A stretch of DNA of 64,000 nt from Lama glama (taxonomy: Eukaryota), in contig CM052816.1 of the NCBI GenBank assembly GCA_028534125.1, positions 40,426,001 to 40,490,000 on the forward strand. Direction: 5' to 3'. Both the position numbers and the translations under genes were made by a program. The first letter of the stretch is position 1. Each line of letters starts with the position of its first letter. Positions 25,236-39,013 of the stretch are shown here, one piece after another. The notes beneath the pieces are model-generated. The model was not told the origin of the DNA. It saw nothing but the letters and a program-made list of their open reading frames with translations, and searched no databases.

Positions 25236-26609
25236 TGTTCATTATGATTTTTTTAAATAATTGGTTTATTTACTTGCCCAGTTTTCATGTGTCTCAGAAT
25301 TGATGACAACACCTTTACCCAGAATATTGAGCTGTATCAGGAGAAATCATTATGTGGGTATGAGTGGTGAGTAAGAACATGGCATCTTGAAAGTACACTG
25401 TCACAACATGGAAGGCTGTTGAAAAATTATGCAGACACTTACAGATCAGGCACCAATAACTATGTATGAGGTCCACTGTATCACAGAGATGGTTACCAGG
25501 AAGGATTTCACGTTAAGCCTAGTGCAACTCTCCTGGAATTGTTATTTGGGCAATGTGGGGAACAGAGGAGTGAGACTAGATTTACCCAGTAGGAGTGTGA
25601 CCAAAGCAGTAATTAATTTGTCCAGAGTAGCACAAATAAGTAAGAAAAGATTTGGCAGTGAGGAACCAGAGTCAAGACTTTTAGCTAAAAATGAAGACAT
25701 ACGCCTTCTGCACAGAAAGATTAAGTGATTTTTAGAATCAGGCCTCCAGTGTTAAATTCAGATTAGAGACTGTCTATTTTGACTTTTGTGAACTCACCAG
25801 GCACCTCATTGCCTGCAGTTCTTGGCAGAAACTGTGTCTTCAACTTGGCTTATTTTAAACCATCTTCTCCTCTGAATTTTGGTTATTAATAAAATAATTT
25901 GTTTTGTTTATTTTTTTAGGCAAGGGGAAAAAAAAGTGAAGTTATTGAAAAATGGAATTCAGGGAATAGTTATAAAGCCAAGACACCAAGAAAGCATTAA
26001 ATCAGTTAAGTCTCAGGAACACCTGGATACTAGCAGGATTTAGCTTCATTTTTACCACTGTGGCTCTCTCCTCTGCAAGTGGCTTTCTTAATTTGGCAGG
26101 CAATATGGCCAGAACCATATTATATTATATTCCCGTTCAGTTCCAACCACTAGAAAGATACTTCCTCTCGCTGCTTTTTTATAACAAAATTTGGGGGAAG
26201 GAACTCATCCCAGGTTGGGTCAGTTGCTACCAAGTGTGAATATGGATCACAGTCACAAATATCATGATGTGAGTTACAAACACCCAGATAAATGGTATTT
26301 TTGATGAGGGATACTTCAGTTTTGAGGAAAAGAGGGGCTTCTGGTCAGAAAAAAGGAATGATTTTTCCATTTGACCAGGATACTTATTTTTCACCCTTTA
26401 TGTATTTGCTAAGACATATTTTATGTTTCTTTACTGTCAAGACTAGAATACATGTCTCTTCTATCGTTCTTGTTCTTACCCCCATTATGGTAAGCATAAA
26501 AATATATTCTACTTGCTTGTTGCTATCTGTGTGCCTTACAAAATAAGTTCCTTGAGGGCAGAGACTTTACTTTGATAATGTAATAGCACAAGGACTGGCA
26601 TAAAATTTA

Positions 26610-26870
26610 ATGATAATAGAAATTCATCTTTATTTTAATTGGATACATTTTGTAGGCACTATGCTGATACATTTTTATGTGAATTATCACATTTATTCTT
26701 GACAATAACCCTATAAATAAATTAGTATTACTATCTCCATGTTACATAGAGGGAAATTTAGACTTTGAGAGGGCATGAGGCTCAAGGTCATGACTAAAGT
26801 GTGTTAGAAGTGGCCTTTGAATGCAAGCAGCCTGACATTAGAGTGCCTACTTTTAATCATGATGCTAAAA
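26610..26870 (-). mobile_element. MIR SINE (near full length)
   Basis: GTAGGCACTATGCT, CAATAACCCTAT, ATCTCCATGTTACATAGAGGGAAA, CTCAAGGTCA and TTTGAATGCAAGCAGCCTGAC. Confidence 0.8.
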
Positions 26871-29815
26871 CTGCGTTCTTTCAGCTTTAAAAAATATGAA
26901 AATTATATGACATAAATCTGAAACATTTCGTTTGGTTTTATGAAAGCTTTATTCATGAAGATTTATTATTTACTCAAAGAAGAAAATCTGATTAGCTTTA
27001 AAGAATGATGGATAATGGCATCTGTGTAGACAAAATGAAGAAAGAAAATAATTATTTGCATAATATAGGAAAGGAAATCAAAGTAACTGGAAAGTGGTTG
27101 TTTTTTTTTTTTGAAGTTTAACTGTGTTGGTCACTGTGCTGACAATGTAAACATATATTATTTCCTCTAATCTTCCCAACGAAACTGTCAACTAAGTGAT
27201 AGTTAAATTGATGCCGAGGCAGACATAGTAATGAGTCTGAAAGAACAGAGTTTTTAAAAAATGACATTGGTATTATAATCATGAGTTCATTATACCATAC
27301 TAGTTATGGAAATATAAGATACATTTATATGCAAAGCTCAAATGGACTGGATAATTCCACATTTGTAACCAGAATGTTAGATAACAAATATATGTAGTAA
27401 GTCTTACTGTGTTTTGGCCAAAATACCTTATAGATAATGTATATATATCCATAATCTTGAATTTAGAGGCTCTTTTGATTACATAGTTAGAGTAGATATG
27501 TTTGCAATGCCAGTGGTCATTCATCTCCACGGATAGGTGTAGCAAAAATTTAACATTTTTATCTCACGTAAATTGAAAATATATGAGGTAGATAGTATTG
27601 ATACAATGAACTCACAGTATAATAATGCTATTTAAAACTTAAATGTACTTTTGAAGCATAAGGGTAGTACATTCTCCAAATGATAATACTATCTGTGACT
27701 AGAGGACAAATGATTTGGATGAACAACCCATGCATCGTGAAATATACCAACACTAGTTTTTTGATTCATAAATAAATTCTCCTGTTGGAATGTTCTATGG
27801 CATCGCTGTAAATTTAGGGCTTCTTCTGAATTCACTATTATCAGATAATGAAATCAAACTAACTGGATATTTTAATTATTTTGGTAACATTTTATCACAA
27901 TTATCTTGAAGATTTTGTAGATTTTAAATTTTTAAAAATTTAATTATATGTATTAAAATTAGAATTAAATCATATCAATTGATATGACATATGGAGACGG
28001 AAATTATTTTTTATATAATGCACATCTAGCACACAATTTTAGAATTAAAAGATGAGATGGATCATATTTTTTATTGAAAATATTATGAGAAAATATATTG
28101 ATAATATTAGATGTAGCGGCGTAAGTTGATTGTTCACACACAATATGTGGCCATGCCTACTCAGATATCTTGTAGCTTATTTAAAGATTCCACAAATATT
28201 CATTTTTCTAGTTTTTAGAGAAACTCAGAATCCATTAAAAACTATTTGTGGTGGAATTACAAAAAGCTTTCTGTAGTTTTTGATATTAAAATGTTCTGAA
28301 TTTTAGACCTTAATGCATGTCCTGTTTACATCTACAGTTTGATTGTTGCATAACACAAAATATATTACCATCCACTTCTTGACAAATGCCAAACCTGAGA
28401 TATTTTTTCCACAGCTTGTTGATTTCACAAGACAATGTGTATTCACAGTTCTCTTCAAACTTAATATTGTCACTGCTCTATTTTATAAAAATAAAACAGT
28501 GCCAACAGCTACTTTTCAGGGTAGACCCTTCTCATAACACCATAACTATGTAATTCTTATTCTTAATAATAGCTCTCATAGATTTAGAAAATTCTATGTC
28601 TTTCTTTGTTAGTAGACTCTGAGTTACTAATGGCCTAACCTTGGTTTATATGAGGACTCTCAGTTTCAAATGCTTCCATAAGTCTAGCAGGAAGTGGTAA
28701 TACAAATAAGTGAAATGGTCAGGTATTAGAGAACATAGGAAAGGGGAGTGGGTGTGAGTGACCATAGCAAATTGAAGAGTTAATTCTTTATTAAAAAGAA
28801 GGTGCCATCATTCTACTCCAGTTAATTTTGTTATTGACAGCATTTGGAAATTCACATTAGCTGTCAACTTTCTTGCTTTTTCTAATACTGAGTAGAACTT
28901 ACAAGGCTAACTTATGGGCCACTAGTTGGCAAAACTTGGCTTTTATCCCATCAGCTATATGAAAGAGAGAAACACTAAGATACTCATTGTCATCACAAAT
29001 TGAATCCACAGTTTGGAAACTAGGGACAAAGCCGAACATGGAAGGGACAAAAGGAAACACAATCACTTTCTTATTTTACCATATTAGCATAGTTGGGTAT
29101 TTTATCAAATTCTCTGCAACTAAATTAAAATCTCAAAAAATTTTGCTTTTGAAAATAATATATATATGATTAATGTCTGGGCATTTTGCAAGGATTAGTC
29201 GTTTAAATTCTTTTAAAGAGTTTTGTTTTTTTTTTTTTTTCATGTTGATGAATTTCATGGTCTGTTTCCTCCTGCACTGAATCATTATTTTTGGGACAGT
29301 TGAAGAAAGAAATAGCCTCTGATAGAACTTGTAATTTAGGATTGAGTTTAGGATGGTCAACTTAGGGACAGAACCCAAATAGAATATAACCTTCCTTTAG
29401 GCTTTTATCTAGTTAGAGCAGCAACTTCATTTACCTTTTACTGCCTTGGGAGCAAACAGTGCTATCCCAATATAAGGATACAGAATAAGCATATTTATTT
29501 ATGCAATGTGTGACAAATGGATCCAGCTGCTGGGCTATATGGTTTTTTCTGCCCATGAAGTTGATTATAACACATTCGACTGGTTATCTTAGGGAACCAT
29601 AGAAGACTCTGAAGTATTAAGTGTCTTCAAATGTAGTAATAGAAACTTAGACAATTAAAAGGTTTAAAGACACACTCTGGAGACAACTATGCTTCTTCAA
29701 CTGTAAAGGCAATTTTCCTGATACTAACCCTAATATTATTACATTTAGTTAGGCTTTTGAGATTTGCTTTTTCTTAATGCATGGTATATTGGGTTAAAAA
29801 AACAACTAAAATATG

Positions 29816-29955
29816 AAAGAGAGAGAGAGGGAGGGAGGGAGCGAGGGAGAGAGAGAAAGAAGGAAAAAAAAGAAAGGAAGAAAGAAAGAAAAAGAAAAGG
29901 AGAGGAAAAAGAATGCAAAACAAGAGAAAGAAGGCTAAGTAGAAAGATAGAATGA
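29816..29955 (+). repeat. Polypurine (GA/GGGA/GAAA) low-complexity tract, probably at an antisense L2 tail
   Basis: Read directly. It is followed by an L2-like end, AATATTTATTGAGAAGCTCTCC. Confidence 0.85.
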
Positions 29956-30754
29956 AGATTGAGTAATTCATCATATAATTTAATTGAGCGAATATTTATT
30001 GAGAAGCTCTCCTTTATCAAGTACTCTGTTAGGCATAATTAAATGCTATCCTGTATGTTTCCCTGTTATGGAATGACTGCACTAAAGTTACAGGATGCAC
30101 TTTTAAGCAATAATGAATATCTCATATGGTCAAGCTATGTAGATTATATGAGGACTCCTCTTCTGAAAATAATGTATATACCCCAGAACCTGTCACTGCT
30201 ATGTATTTCTATAGAGTGGAAAAACATATGTAACCTTATATTAATAGGAGTGAACATTTATTGTACTGCCACTAAGAAAAACTTAGTGATAATGGAGACT
30301 ACTAAATACAAATGATTAGCCATTATTCCAGGGGCCCAAAATATTCTTTTCATAAGTGTATTATCATGTAAATTGATTATATATTCATTTTTCCAGACCT
30401 ACAAAAAGAACACAGAAAACTCTAAAATTTATAGGCATTGAAATTTTCTCTCCATGTATTTAGTATGATAAATATATGTAGTATCAAAAGTAACACCCAA
30501 TATCAATGTTTAATACTAGAGTCGTCTTTATTGCTAATGCTAATGCTTTGCAGACATCATAAGAACAATGCATGCCTTGTGATTACTATAAGGTCCCATG
30601 GACTGGAGTTTTGTCTGTTATTTAGCTGCCATGATGATGTGTTAAAACAGCTTGGGACTATATTGGACAGACTTGAAATTTTGAAAACATACTTGAGGTT
30701 CTGTACTATGAAGCTCTCATTTTATGAGTTCAGCAGGAATTGGATGCTTTTAGG

Positions 30755-30842
30755 ACTGGAATGTTAATGTAGCATTCCAGTTACATTAACTGGAATGCTA
30801 ATCTAATATAATAGATTAGTTCTAATCTATTAGAATTAGATT
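30755..30842. repeat. Compound palindrome cluster
   Basis: Perfect 14-bp stem 30770-30783/30787-30800 and perfect 11-bp stem 30809-30819/30822-30832, plus overlapping inverted and direct copies. Confidence 0.9.
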
Positions 30843-31879
30843 TGAGTGCCCTACCATTTCATGTCATCAAAAGATGAAATGTAATAATTGAGAAGTTGCT
30901 AGTCAAATACAATTTTTTTCTTTTCAATTTCTTTCCTAGCCTTGACATGTGATCACTGCTTTATGTGGCTATTTGAAAAATGATGTAGCATTATTGACTT
31001 CTAAACACACTTTACTTCTGGGACCATAAAGTAAACACACATATTTTAAGGTGCATTGGCTATTAAGTTGAACAGATCTTTTTTACTAGTTGGATATAAA
31101 CTAATATGAATCACCCCTGCTAAAGCATGTATGTATCAGGCTGTATATTACTGTTTCTATACATACTCTGTGGTGCTTGGGAAAACAGCCATGGGGCCTA
31201 CAATAGAGTGGTTTCCAAAGTTTTTATTCATGTATTACCATCAATAAATTGCTTTAGCACACTCACACCCAAACATGTGTATCAAATATACATATATCCA
31301 CCACTATAACACTATACAAAAATTATATAAAGTTAGCAATTAAAATGAGTAAGCTGTTAAATAACATGATCTTGAATTAATTTAATATAATTGTGGTAAA
31401 GAACTTTCTTTCTCTAATTAGATATGATATATGTATCATTTTGTGAAACTTGTTTATTTTTTCTGGTACAGTTTTTCAAATATTTAGTTCAAAATTTAGT
31501 TCACTTTTTTATCTAGTTTTAATGGCTGTCATAACTATAAACATTACTTCACAAAAATAACAGATCCAAATGGAAGAAATGTATCCTTCATTGTGCACAC
31601 TATATAATTTATTTCCATCCTCTGGTTATGCAGAAATTTTTGTCAAAATTTGGCTAATACTTTTTCTTGAAGTTAAATTGTGGGACTCATAATTTGAGGG
31701 CAATGAATTTAATGTTTTTAATAAATGAGTTAAAAACTTAATGATACTCATTCTTTGAAGATTTTTATACAAGGTAGAGTCTTTTGTTTCTCTTTTTCTA
31801 TATTTGATGGTTGAAGAGATCTTGCAGTTAAAATGAAATATTTTCAAGAATAAAATTGTGTGATGGTTGAAATATGTCC

Positions 31880-34800
31880 AAAATTTTTTTCAAAGTTTCC
31901 CCTATACCTCATGTTAAGTGAAACTAAAAACCCTGGATATTACCTGTAAAATAAACATAAGATTCATAAAGGTGGAGAGAAGATGGACTGGCTAGGAACC
32001 TGAGGAACAGCACAATAAAGAGTTCCTGGATTTGCTTTTGGCCTCATATATTGAAGACTTAACCTGGAAGAAGCTGGAAATCTGGAAATACCAACAGATG
32101 CAGACAACCTCTCTGCCAAAAGCCCTTTCTTTCTATCAGGAGTATCAGGAATGGGACAGGCTAGCAAGGTAGAAAACTTTTAGACAAAAACAGCCCAATT
32201 CCAGCCAAACACCACAGAAAACACACCACCCCTACTCATGCCAACCAAGGAAAAGTGGGAAGCCTAGACTTCTACCTCATGAGGCTGTAATGAGTTGCCC
32301 AACACCCCCATTATGCAGGTGAAAAGAAGGCCAAGTACGGAGCTAGGAGTTTAAGTCATGCAGTAATGAAGCCATCCCTGCTAGACTTCTGGAGAACTTG
32401 TAGGGATCCCGAGATGCCCCACCTGGCAGCACCAAGCGGTGATGTCAGAGGTCATGGAAAGCGAGGACATGCACACTGGACCAACGATAATGAGACCATC
32501 CCCACAATAGTGTTAGACCATGCGGGGAACTAGAAAATCTTCTTCCACTCAGAGGTAACAATGATACCCTACACTGGGTTTCAACAGATACTGAGTGGGG
32601 AACATGGACTTGTATTTCTGCCAGGCAGTAAAAGGCAGTGTCAGAGAAAGCCAACTACAACAGAAGACCTAAGAAAGATCCAGAATCTCAGAACATAACA
32701 TAAAAATGTTCATGTTTCAATCAAAAGTCACTCTTCATACTAAGAATTGAGAAGGTCTCAAATTGAATGAAAAAGACAATAAATGGATTTCCAAACTAGG
32801 ATGATAGAGATGTTAGAATTACCTAATGAAAAATTTAAAGATAAATGCTTCAAAAAGCAATTACACACATACTTAAAAAAATGAAAACATAGAAAGTTCT
32901 AGGAACAGAGTTTCAGAAAAAGAAGATATAAGGAAGAGTCAAATGGAAATATTAGAACAGAAAAATACAATAATTGAGATGAAAAGCTCAGTGGATTGGC
33001 TTAACAGCCAGAATAGAGAGATAAGGGGGAAAAATCAGTGAGCTGAAAGAGAAACAACAGAAATTACCCAAGGCAAAGAACAGAGAGAAAATAGACTGGG
33101 GGAAAAAAAAAGAAAGAAAGAACAAAACCTTATGGATCTGTGTCTTTAAAGTCCCAGAAAGAGGAGAAACAAGGAGGGGCTGAAAAAACTACTAGAAGAA
33201 AAAAGTGTCAGAAAACATCCCAAGCCTGGAAAGAGATATAAACCTACAGATTCAAAAAGATAAGCAGTCCCCCAACATGATAAGCCCCAAGAAATCTGCA
33301 TCAAGATACATCATAATGTAACTTCTAAAAACTAAAGACGAACACACTTCCTCAGAGAACCCAGAGAATAATCATACCTTATGGGGGAAAACACAGAAAA
33401 ACAGTGGGTTTTTCATCAGAAACCAGGGAGACCAGAAGGAGGTGGCACAGCATATTGCACGGGCTAAAAGGAAAAGACGATCAGTCTAGAATACCATGCC
33501 CAGGGCAAATATCCTTCAGGAATACAGTGGAAATCAGGACACCATCTCAGAGAGAAAACAATTTTTCTTCCAGAAGACCTATTTTAATGGAATGATTTTT
33601 TAAATCCTCGAAATAGAAAGGGAAAAAACAAAAGAAGAAACCTTGGAATATGAGAAAAGGAAAAATAAAAGGGTAAGCAAAACTCAGGGTAAATGCAATG
33701 TTTTCCATCTTCTCTTGAGCTTTCTAAACTTTAAATATAACAACATAGTTAGGCTGAAAGCAAAAGGATGAAAAATATGTATCATGGAAATATTAATCTT
33801 AAAATGTATTAGTGGCTATATAATTATCAAACTGACTTCAGAAAATAACCAGAAAATAACCAGATCCACAGTGGGACATTGTATAATGATGTATGACAAT
33901 GTATAATGATAATGCACCAAGAAGACAGCAGTCCTCTATGTGTATGTACCAAACAATAGAAATGCAAAATATGTGAAGCCAAAACTGATGGAATTGAAAA
34001 AAAATAGACAAACCCATAGTTATAATTGGAAGCTTTAACACCCATTTCATGAAAATGCATAGAATAATTGGACAGAAAACCAACAAAGATATAAAACTCT
34101 GCTGCACCACGACACCAACAGAATCTAACGGACATTTATAGAACACTCCAACTAACAATACAAGAATACATTTTTTTCAAGGGATCACAGAATATACACC
34201 AAGATATATCATATCCTGGGCCATAAAACAAACCTCATTAAATTTTAAGGAACTGAAATTAAACACTGTGTCTTCAATCAGTGGAATCGTACTAGAAGTC
34301 AGTAAGAAAGATAACAGGAAATTTTCCAGACACTTAGAAACTGAACAAAACACTTCGAAATAAATAATTGATGGGTCAAAAGGTAAAAGTCTCAAGGGGA
34401 ATTAGAAAATATATGAAGGTAAATGAAAATGAAAGTTCAACATATCAAAATTTGTGGGACATAGCTAAAGGAATGCAAGAGGAAAATTTATGGTGCTCTA
34501 TGCCCATGTTAGAAAAGAGGAAAATTCTCAAACCGATTACCTACGTTCCCACCTTAAGAAAAAGAAAAGCAAAATAAGATCCAAGGCAAGCAAAAAGAAG
34601 GAAATAACAAAGATAAGAGTAGGAATCTGTGGAATGGAAAACTGCAAAACAATAGAACTTCTGAAACAAAAAGCTGGTTCTTTGAAAACATCAATAACAT
34701 TGTCACACCTCTCAAAGCAGGACTGAAGAGGGAAAGAGAGAGAAGGAAGAAGAAACACAGATTTTAATATCAGGGATAAAATAGGGGATATCACTATAAA

Positions 34801-35314
34801 TGCTACAGAAATCAAAAGGATAATTAGGAATACTATTGCCTTAGTCCGATAGAACTCTTCTAACAAAATACCATCAAATAGGTGGTTCATAAACAACAGA
34901 AAATTATTTCTCATACTCTGGAGTCTGGAAAGTCCTTGAGATTAAGGCACTGGTGGATTCAGTGTCTGGTGAGAACCTGCTTTCTGGTTCATGCACAGCT
35001 GTGTTTTCTTTGTGGTCGCAGTTGGGGGAGAGATCTCTCTAGGGTCTCATTTATAAGGTCACTAATCTCATTCATTAGGGCTTTGCCCTCATGATCTAAT
35101 CACCTCCCAAAGACCCCCATCTCCTAATCCATCACTTTGGAGGTTAGGCTTTCAACATATAAATCTGAGGGAGAAAGCAAACATTTAAACTATAGCAACT
35201 ATAAATAACACATAAATTCAACAACTTGGATGAAATGGACCAACTGATTGAAAATTACAAACTACCAATATTTGCCCCCAGTATGAAATAGATATTTTGA
35301 ATAGGTCTATAACT
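31880..35314 (+). mobile_element. Old L1 (L1MC/MD-like): 5' UTR, decayed ORF1 (~32700-33600) and ORF2 endonuclease region (~33740-35314)
   Basis: A-rich sense strand. ORF1-like MGFSSETRETRRRWHSILHGLKGKDDQSRIPCPGQISFRN and ORF2-like NENESSTYQNLWDIAK, with many stops and frameshifts. Confidence 0.9.
34837..35197 (-). mobile_element. MLT1A-type solo LTR inserted in L1 ORF2
   Basis: TGCCTTAGTCC...TAACAAAATACCA...CTCATGATCTAATCACCTCCCAAAG...AAACTATAGCA, with a perfect TSD ACTAT (34832-34836, 35198-35202). Confidence 0.92.
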
Positions 35315-35387
35315 GTCAAGGCCAAGTAGAGCAAGTGGTTTCTGGAAACTGAAATGTGAAAATCCTGTTGAGAACACCATGTGAAGG

Positions 35388-35912
35388 TGTTACCCCAAAA
35401 GGGGAAAGGAAGAGACCCCAGTTCTTGTCATACCTGAAAGATAAGAATTCAGATGGGAGATAGAATGTTATGTAGTGGAAGATTTTAAGGGATTTATTAA
35501 CAAAGGATTTATTACCAAGAACAGGAGGCTGGCTGACCCAAGGGAGGAAAAGCAGTAGTCTTTGCCCCTTCTCTTACACCTTTGCTTAGAGGTGGTCTTG
35601 ATTGATTGATGGCTCTTGCCCCTGGAGTGCTTGGTCATGCTTGTCCCCCTTAGCACATGTCCTTACTCATGATGCATACAGAAAAACCCGTGGTGCTAAT
35701 TATATTCCAGTGAGCACTGGGTCATGTCTCGTTAAGTCCTTGTCACTACCACGCAGTTGTGGCCATCTGGTCCCAACTGGTTTCTTGCTGCTACTCATTC
35801 AGAGGAAGTAAGGCCCCTTATGCTGAAAGCGGTTGCATTGCCATCTTCTGGACCATCCTCCCTCTCCACTACCTTATCTGCCCAGTGCCCCCACTTATCT
35901 AACTACCTAACA
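35388..35912 (-). mobile_element. ERV solo LTR (lineage-specific, ERV1-like)
   Basis: TGT...ACA termini, TTTATT (antisense polyA signal) near the left end, near-TSD GAAGG/AAAGG. Confidence 0.75.
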
Positions 35913-36152
35913 AAAGGATAATGTAAACTTTAGTTGAGGGATACCGTTAGCTTCAGCCAGTACTGGAGTGAGGGAACCAGGAGAACACATATCATGATGG
36001 TGCTGATTTCTTCCTTCCATCTCCTGATATGATATGCCCCATTGGCCAAACCCAACAGAAGGCCAGAGAACAAGGGTAACCATTGGTGAGTACATATAGG
36101 TCTGCCTCATTTGGCAGAATGCTCAAGGGCAAATCAATATATTGAGTACACA
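35913..36152 (-). mobile_element. LTR33-like ERVL LTR (left part probably ~35315-35387)
   Basis: CCCATTGGCCAAACCCAACAGAAGGCCAGAGAACAAGGG...CATATAGGTCTGCCTC matches antisense LTR33. Confidence 0.7.
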
Positions 36153-36529
36153 CATTGAGATAAAATATAAATATTATTTATTTCTAATTCTGCTTCCTGT
36201 TGTATTACTATCGTATTCATACTCTGGTCTATGAACGACTCATTTTGTATTCAAATATAATGTTCTCTCTTTGACTACTGAGAGCTACCATGTAATAATG
36301 GAAAAATATTTGTGCAATATATTTTTCACTATCAAACCTGCAGAAATACTTACTACATAAATATATAGCCTCTGTCTTTGTCTCTCTGTGTCTCCCCTCC
36401 ACACATACACAAATACGTGTGTATGTATATATGTTTTATGTACATATATATGTTATGTATTTATGTAACATAAAAACATATATGCACACATTATAATTAA
36501 GTTTATTACACAGAAACATACAATATGCA

Positions 36530-37125
36530 GACTTGACAAGAGCATAGCAAAACAGATTTTGTTGTGTAATGCTTGGCAATGTAATTTTTCACTGCAGGTA
36601 AATTTAATTGTGTGTATTAAAAGCTCAAATGAGTGCATACCTTCTATAAAGTGTATCTGCTTCTATAAAGTAATTTTAATGATATAATAAACTTGTGTGC
36701 AAAGATTTAGCTACAAGAATGACAGTGTCATTTATGATAAGGAAAGATGTAAAACAGCTTGAAAGTTATTCTATAATACAAGGCTGATGACATGAATGTT
36801 TGCATATCTATAGAATCAAATATTATGTATTTGTAAAAATGATATTTGTGTGTGATTTATTGACAATGAAATAATTTCACTTTGTGTGGTTGAGTCTTTT
36901 AAGATAATATGTGTTATATAGTGTTTAAAACCATGTTTATGTGAAGTTTACATTCCAACCCTAGCACTTATTACCTCTTCACCTAGGATAGATTTCATGG
37001 TCTCTATAACTCTCACATATAAATTGGGTATAAAATAGTAGCAGTTATGTCCTAAGATTTTTCTGTAGGTTTAATGAAAAGGTGAATGCAAAATACTTAG
37101 TAAGCACGTGTTCAATAAATCAACA
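36530..37125 (+). mobile_element. Degraded L1ME 3' fragment followed by MIR (~36930-37125)
   Basis: L1-like ACTTGTGTGCAAAGAT..CAAGAATG. MIR-like TAAATTGGGTATAAAATAGTA...AATACTTAG...TTCAATAAAT. Confidence 0.5.
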
Positions 37126-37849
37126 AGAAAAATAATCAGGGATCTGAAGATTCTTTTGGGTCTTTAAGTAATTTCCAAATGCAGGAAATACAGAGAAAAT
37201 ACATAATTGAAGATTTAATTTATTTGAGTGTGTATTAAGTACATACTTCTGAAAGGACTTTGTGAACATTAATGTTTGGGAAAAATCAATAAAGGGGAAT
37301 GTCATTAACTCTGAGATCTCTCAGTTTTTTGAGAGTACATGATTACCTAGAAAATGAGAGCTAAAAAGGGATAGTCTAGCAAGTACTTCATTTTTGTGTC
37401 TTATTTTCTTAGACTATAAATAGCATTTTTTGTCTACTTCACAAATTGAGTTAAATTTCATGAGTCAACAGAAAATATTTTTCATTCACCCCCTCAGTGA
37501 ATGCTAATATCCACTTATGAATATATGAGGATAAAGTTAAATCTAACAATTGGATTGATTGGTTGTTTTATCACCCAATGTGATTAGATTTCCCACTCCG
37601 TTGATGCTAGGTGTTGATCTAAGTGACAGCTGGCAGGCAGAGTAGAAGTATCTAGCCTGAAAAAGTATTTAATACAGAGTGTATATATTTACCCCTGAGT
37701 TCTGAGACGACCTGGTGCATATTGATTCAGAGGAAAACTGCCTAGCCACCTAATATAGCAGAAAGATCTTTCAGCAGTATTTTATATTGCAGTAGAGGAT
37801 CCTGATTAAAACTATGAACTGCTATTTAACAACAATTAATGTGTAAGAT

Positions 37850-37990
37850 AGATAGAATAGACATCTATTTATATATGAGGAAACTGAGTCAACAGAAAAT
37901 CAGAGTCTTGTCCAAAGTCAAACAGTGATTTACTTCTGGGGTTATGCTTAAAATAAACTTTCTGGATTCCCAGCACACCATTCTTTCTTT
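37850..37990 (-). mobile_element. MIR fragment
   Basis: ATGAGGAAACTGAGTCAACAGA...CTTGTCCAAAGTCAAACAG. Confidence 0.7.
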
Positions 37991-38537
37991 CATGTTATAT
38001 CTAGTATCAATAGTTATGATGCTAGTCATATAATGAACCTATGCTCTTGCTCAAATTATTATATTAATATAAAACTTATGTATAGTATAAGTATTTTTCT
38101 TTACTAAAATGAAAGATACTGGCCTAAATAATGATGACTCTGACTTTTTATACTAATGGCTCCTTTACACTAGACATGATTTAGCTTATTGCTCAGCATA
38201 ATAAACAGGCCATTAAATACTGTATATAATTGAATTTAAATGAATTGCTCTTTATCTGGATTTCATTGGGCTAGCATAATTGGCTTTATTAACAAAGACA
38301 ATTTGTAATAATAGTTAAGGGTGATGTGTGTAACCTAATCCTTCACCATGAATATTTAACCAGTGCTTTAATTGAATATTTTGATTTAATGATAAAAATA
38401 ATTCAGGATAAATGTATAATTATCTTATAAATATGCAGATAAAAAATTAACAGATGATTTTAAGTGCTTTCTTTTAAAAAAATATGTAACTGAGTGGCCC
38501 TTTGAGAAATTTTTGCATTAAAAAATACACTTAATTA

Positions 38538-39013
38538 GTGATCAAGATTTCAGAGTAGAAAGATCCTGAGGTCACCTCCTCCCCTGGACACACGGAAACT
38601 ACAACTACATATAAAACAACTATCTCTGAGAATGACTTGAAGACCAGCAAGAAAAATTTTCTGCAACTAAGAATATATATAAAAAGCCACATCAAGACTG
38701 GTAGTAGGGGGAGAAACATGATCTGGTCAGAACCCACATACCTGTGTGATGACCTACAGCACAGGAGGGGTATCACAACTGCAGAGATACCCGCTGAGGT
38801 GCAGGCGGTCTCAGCCTCACCTCAGTGTCCCAGCCTGGGGGACCTGCACTGGGAAGATGAGTCCCTGTAACAACTGGCTTTGAAAATCAGTAGAGCTTAC
38901 TTACAGCAGGAGAACCAGAGGGCCATAGAAAACAGATTCTATTCTTGAAGGACTCATACATACACTCACTCCCTCCAAGTCCCAGTGTAGAGGCAAGAGT
39001 TTAAAAAGTGCCT
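38538..39013 (+). mobile_element. Isolated L1 5' UTR fragment (L1M2/L1M3-like)
   Basis: TCAAGATTTCAGAGTAGAAAGATCCTGAGGTCACCTCCTCCCCTGGACACAC...GGCTTTGAAAATCAG resembles laurasiatherian L1 5' ends. Confidence 0.7.

Noticed and set aside
28827..28868. Short inverted repeats such as TTGACAGC...GCTGTCAA (also CATTTAAA/TTTAAATG at ~58685)
   Set aside because: 8-bp stems are expected by chance in 64 kb of AT-rich DNA.
29745..30020. Low-complexity ORFs (ERK-rich, LSF-rich)
   Set aside because: Translation artefacts of the polypurine tract.
33404..34726. Cluster of ORFs as a functional L1
   Set aside because: Fragmented by stops, frameshifts and an MLT1A insertion, and truncated at ~35.3 kb.
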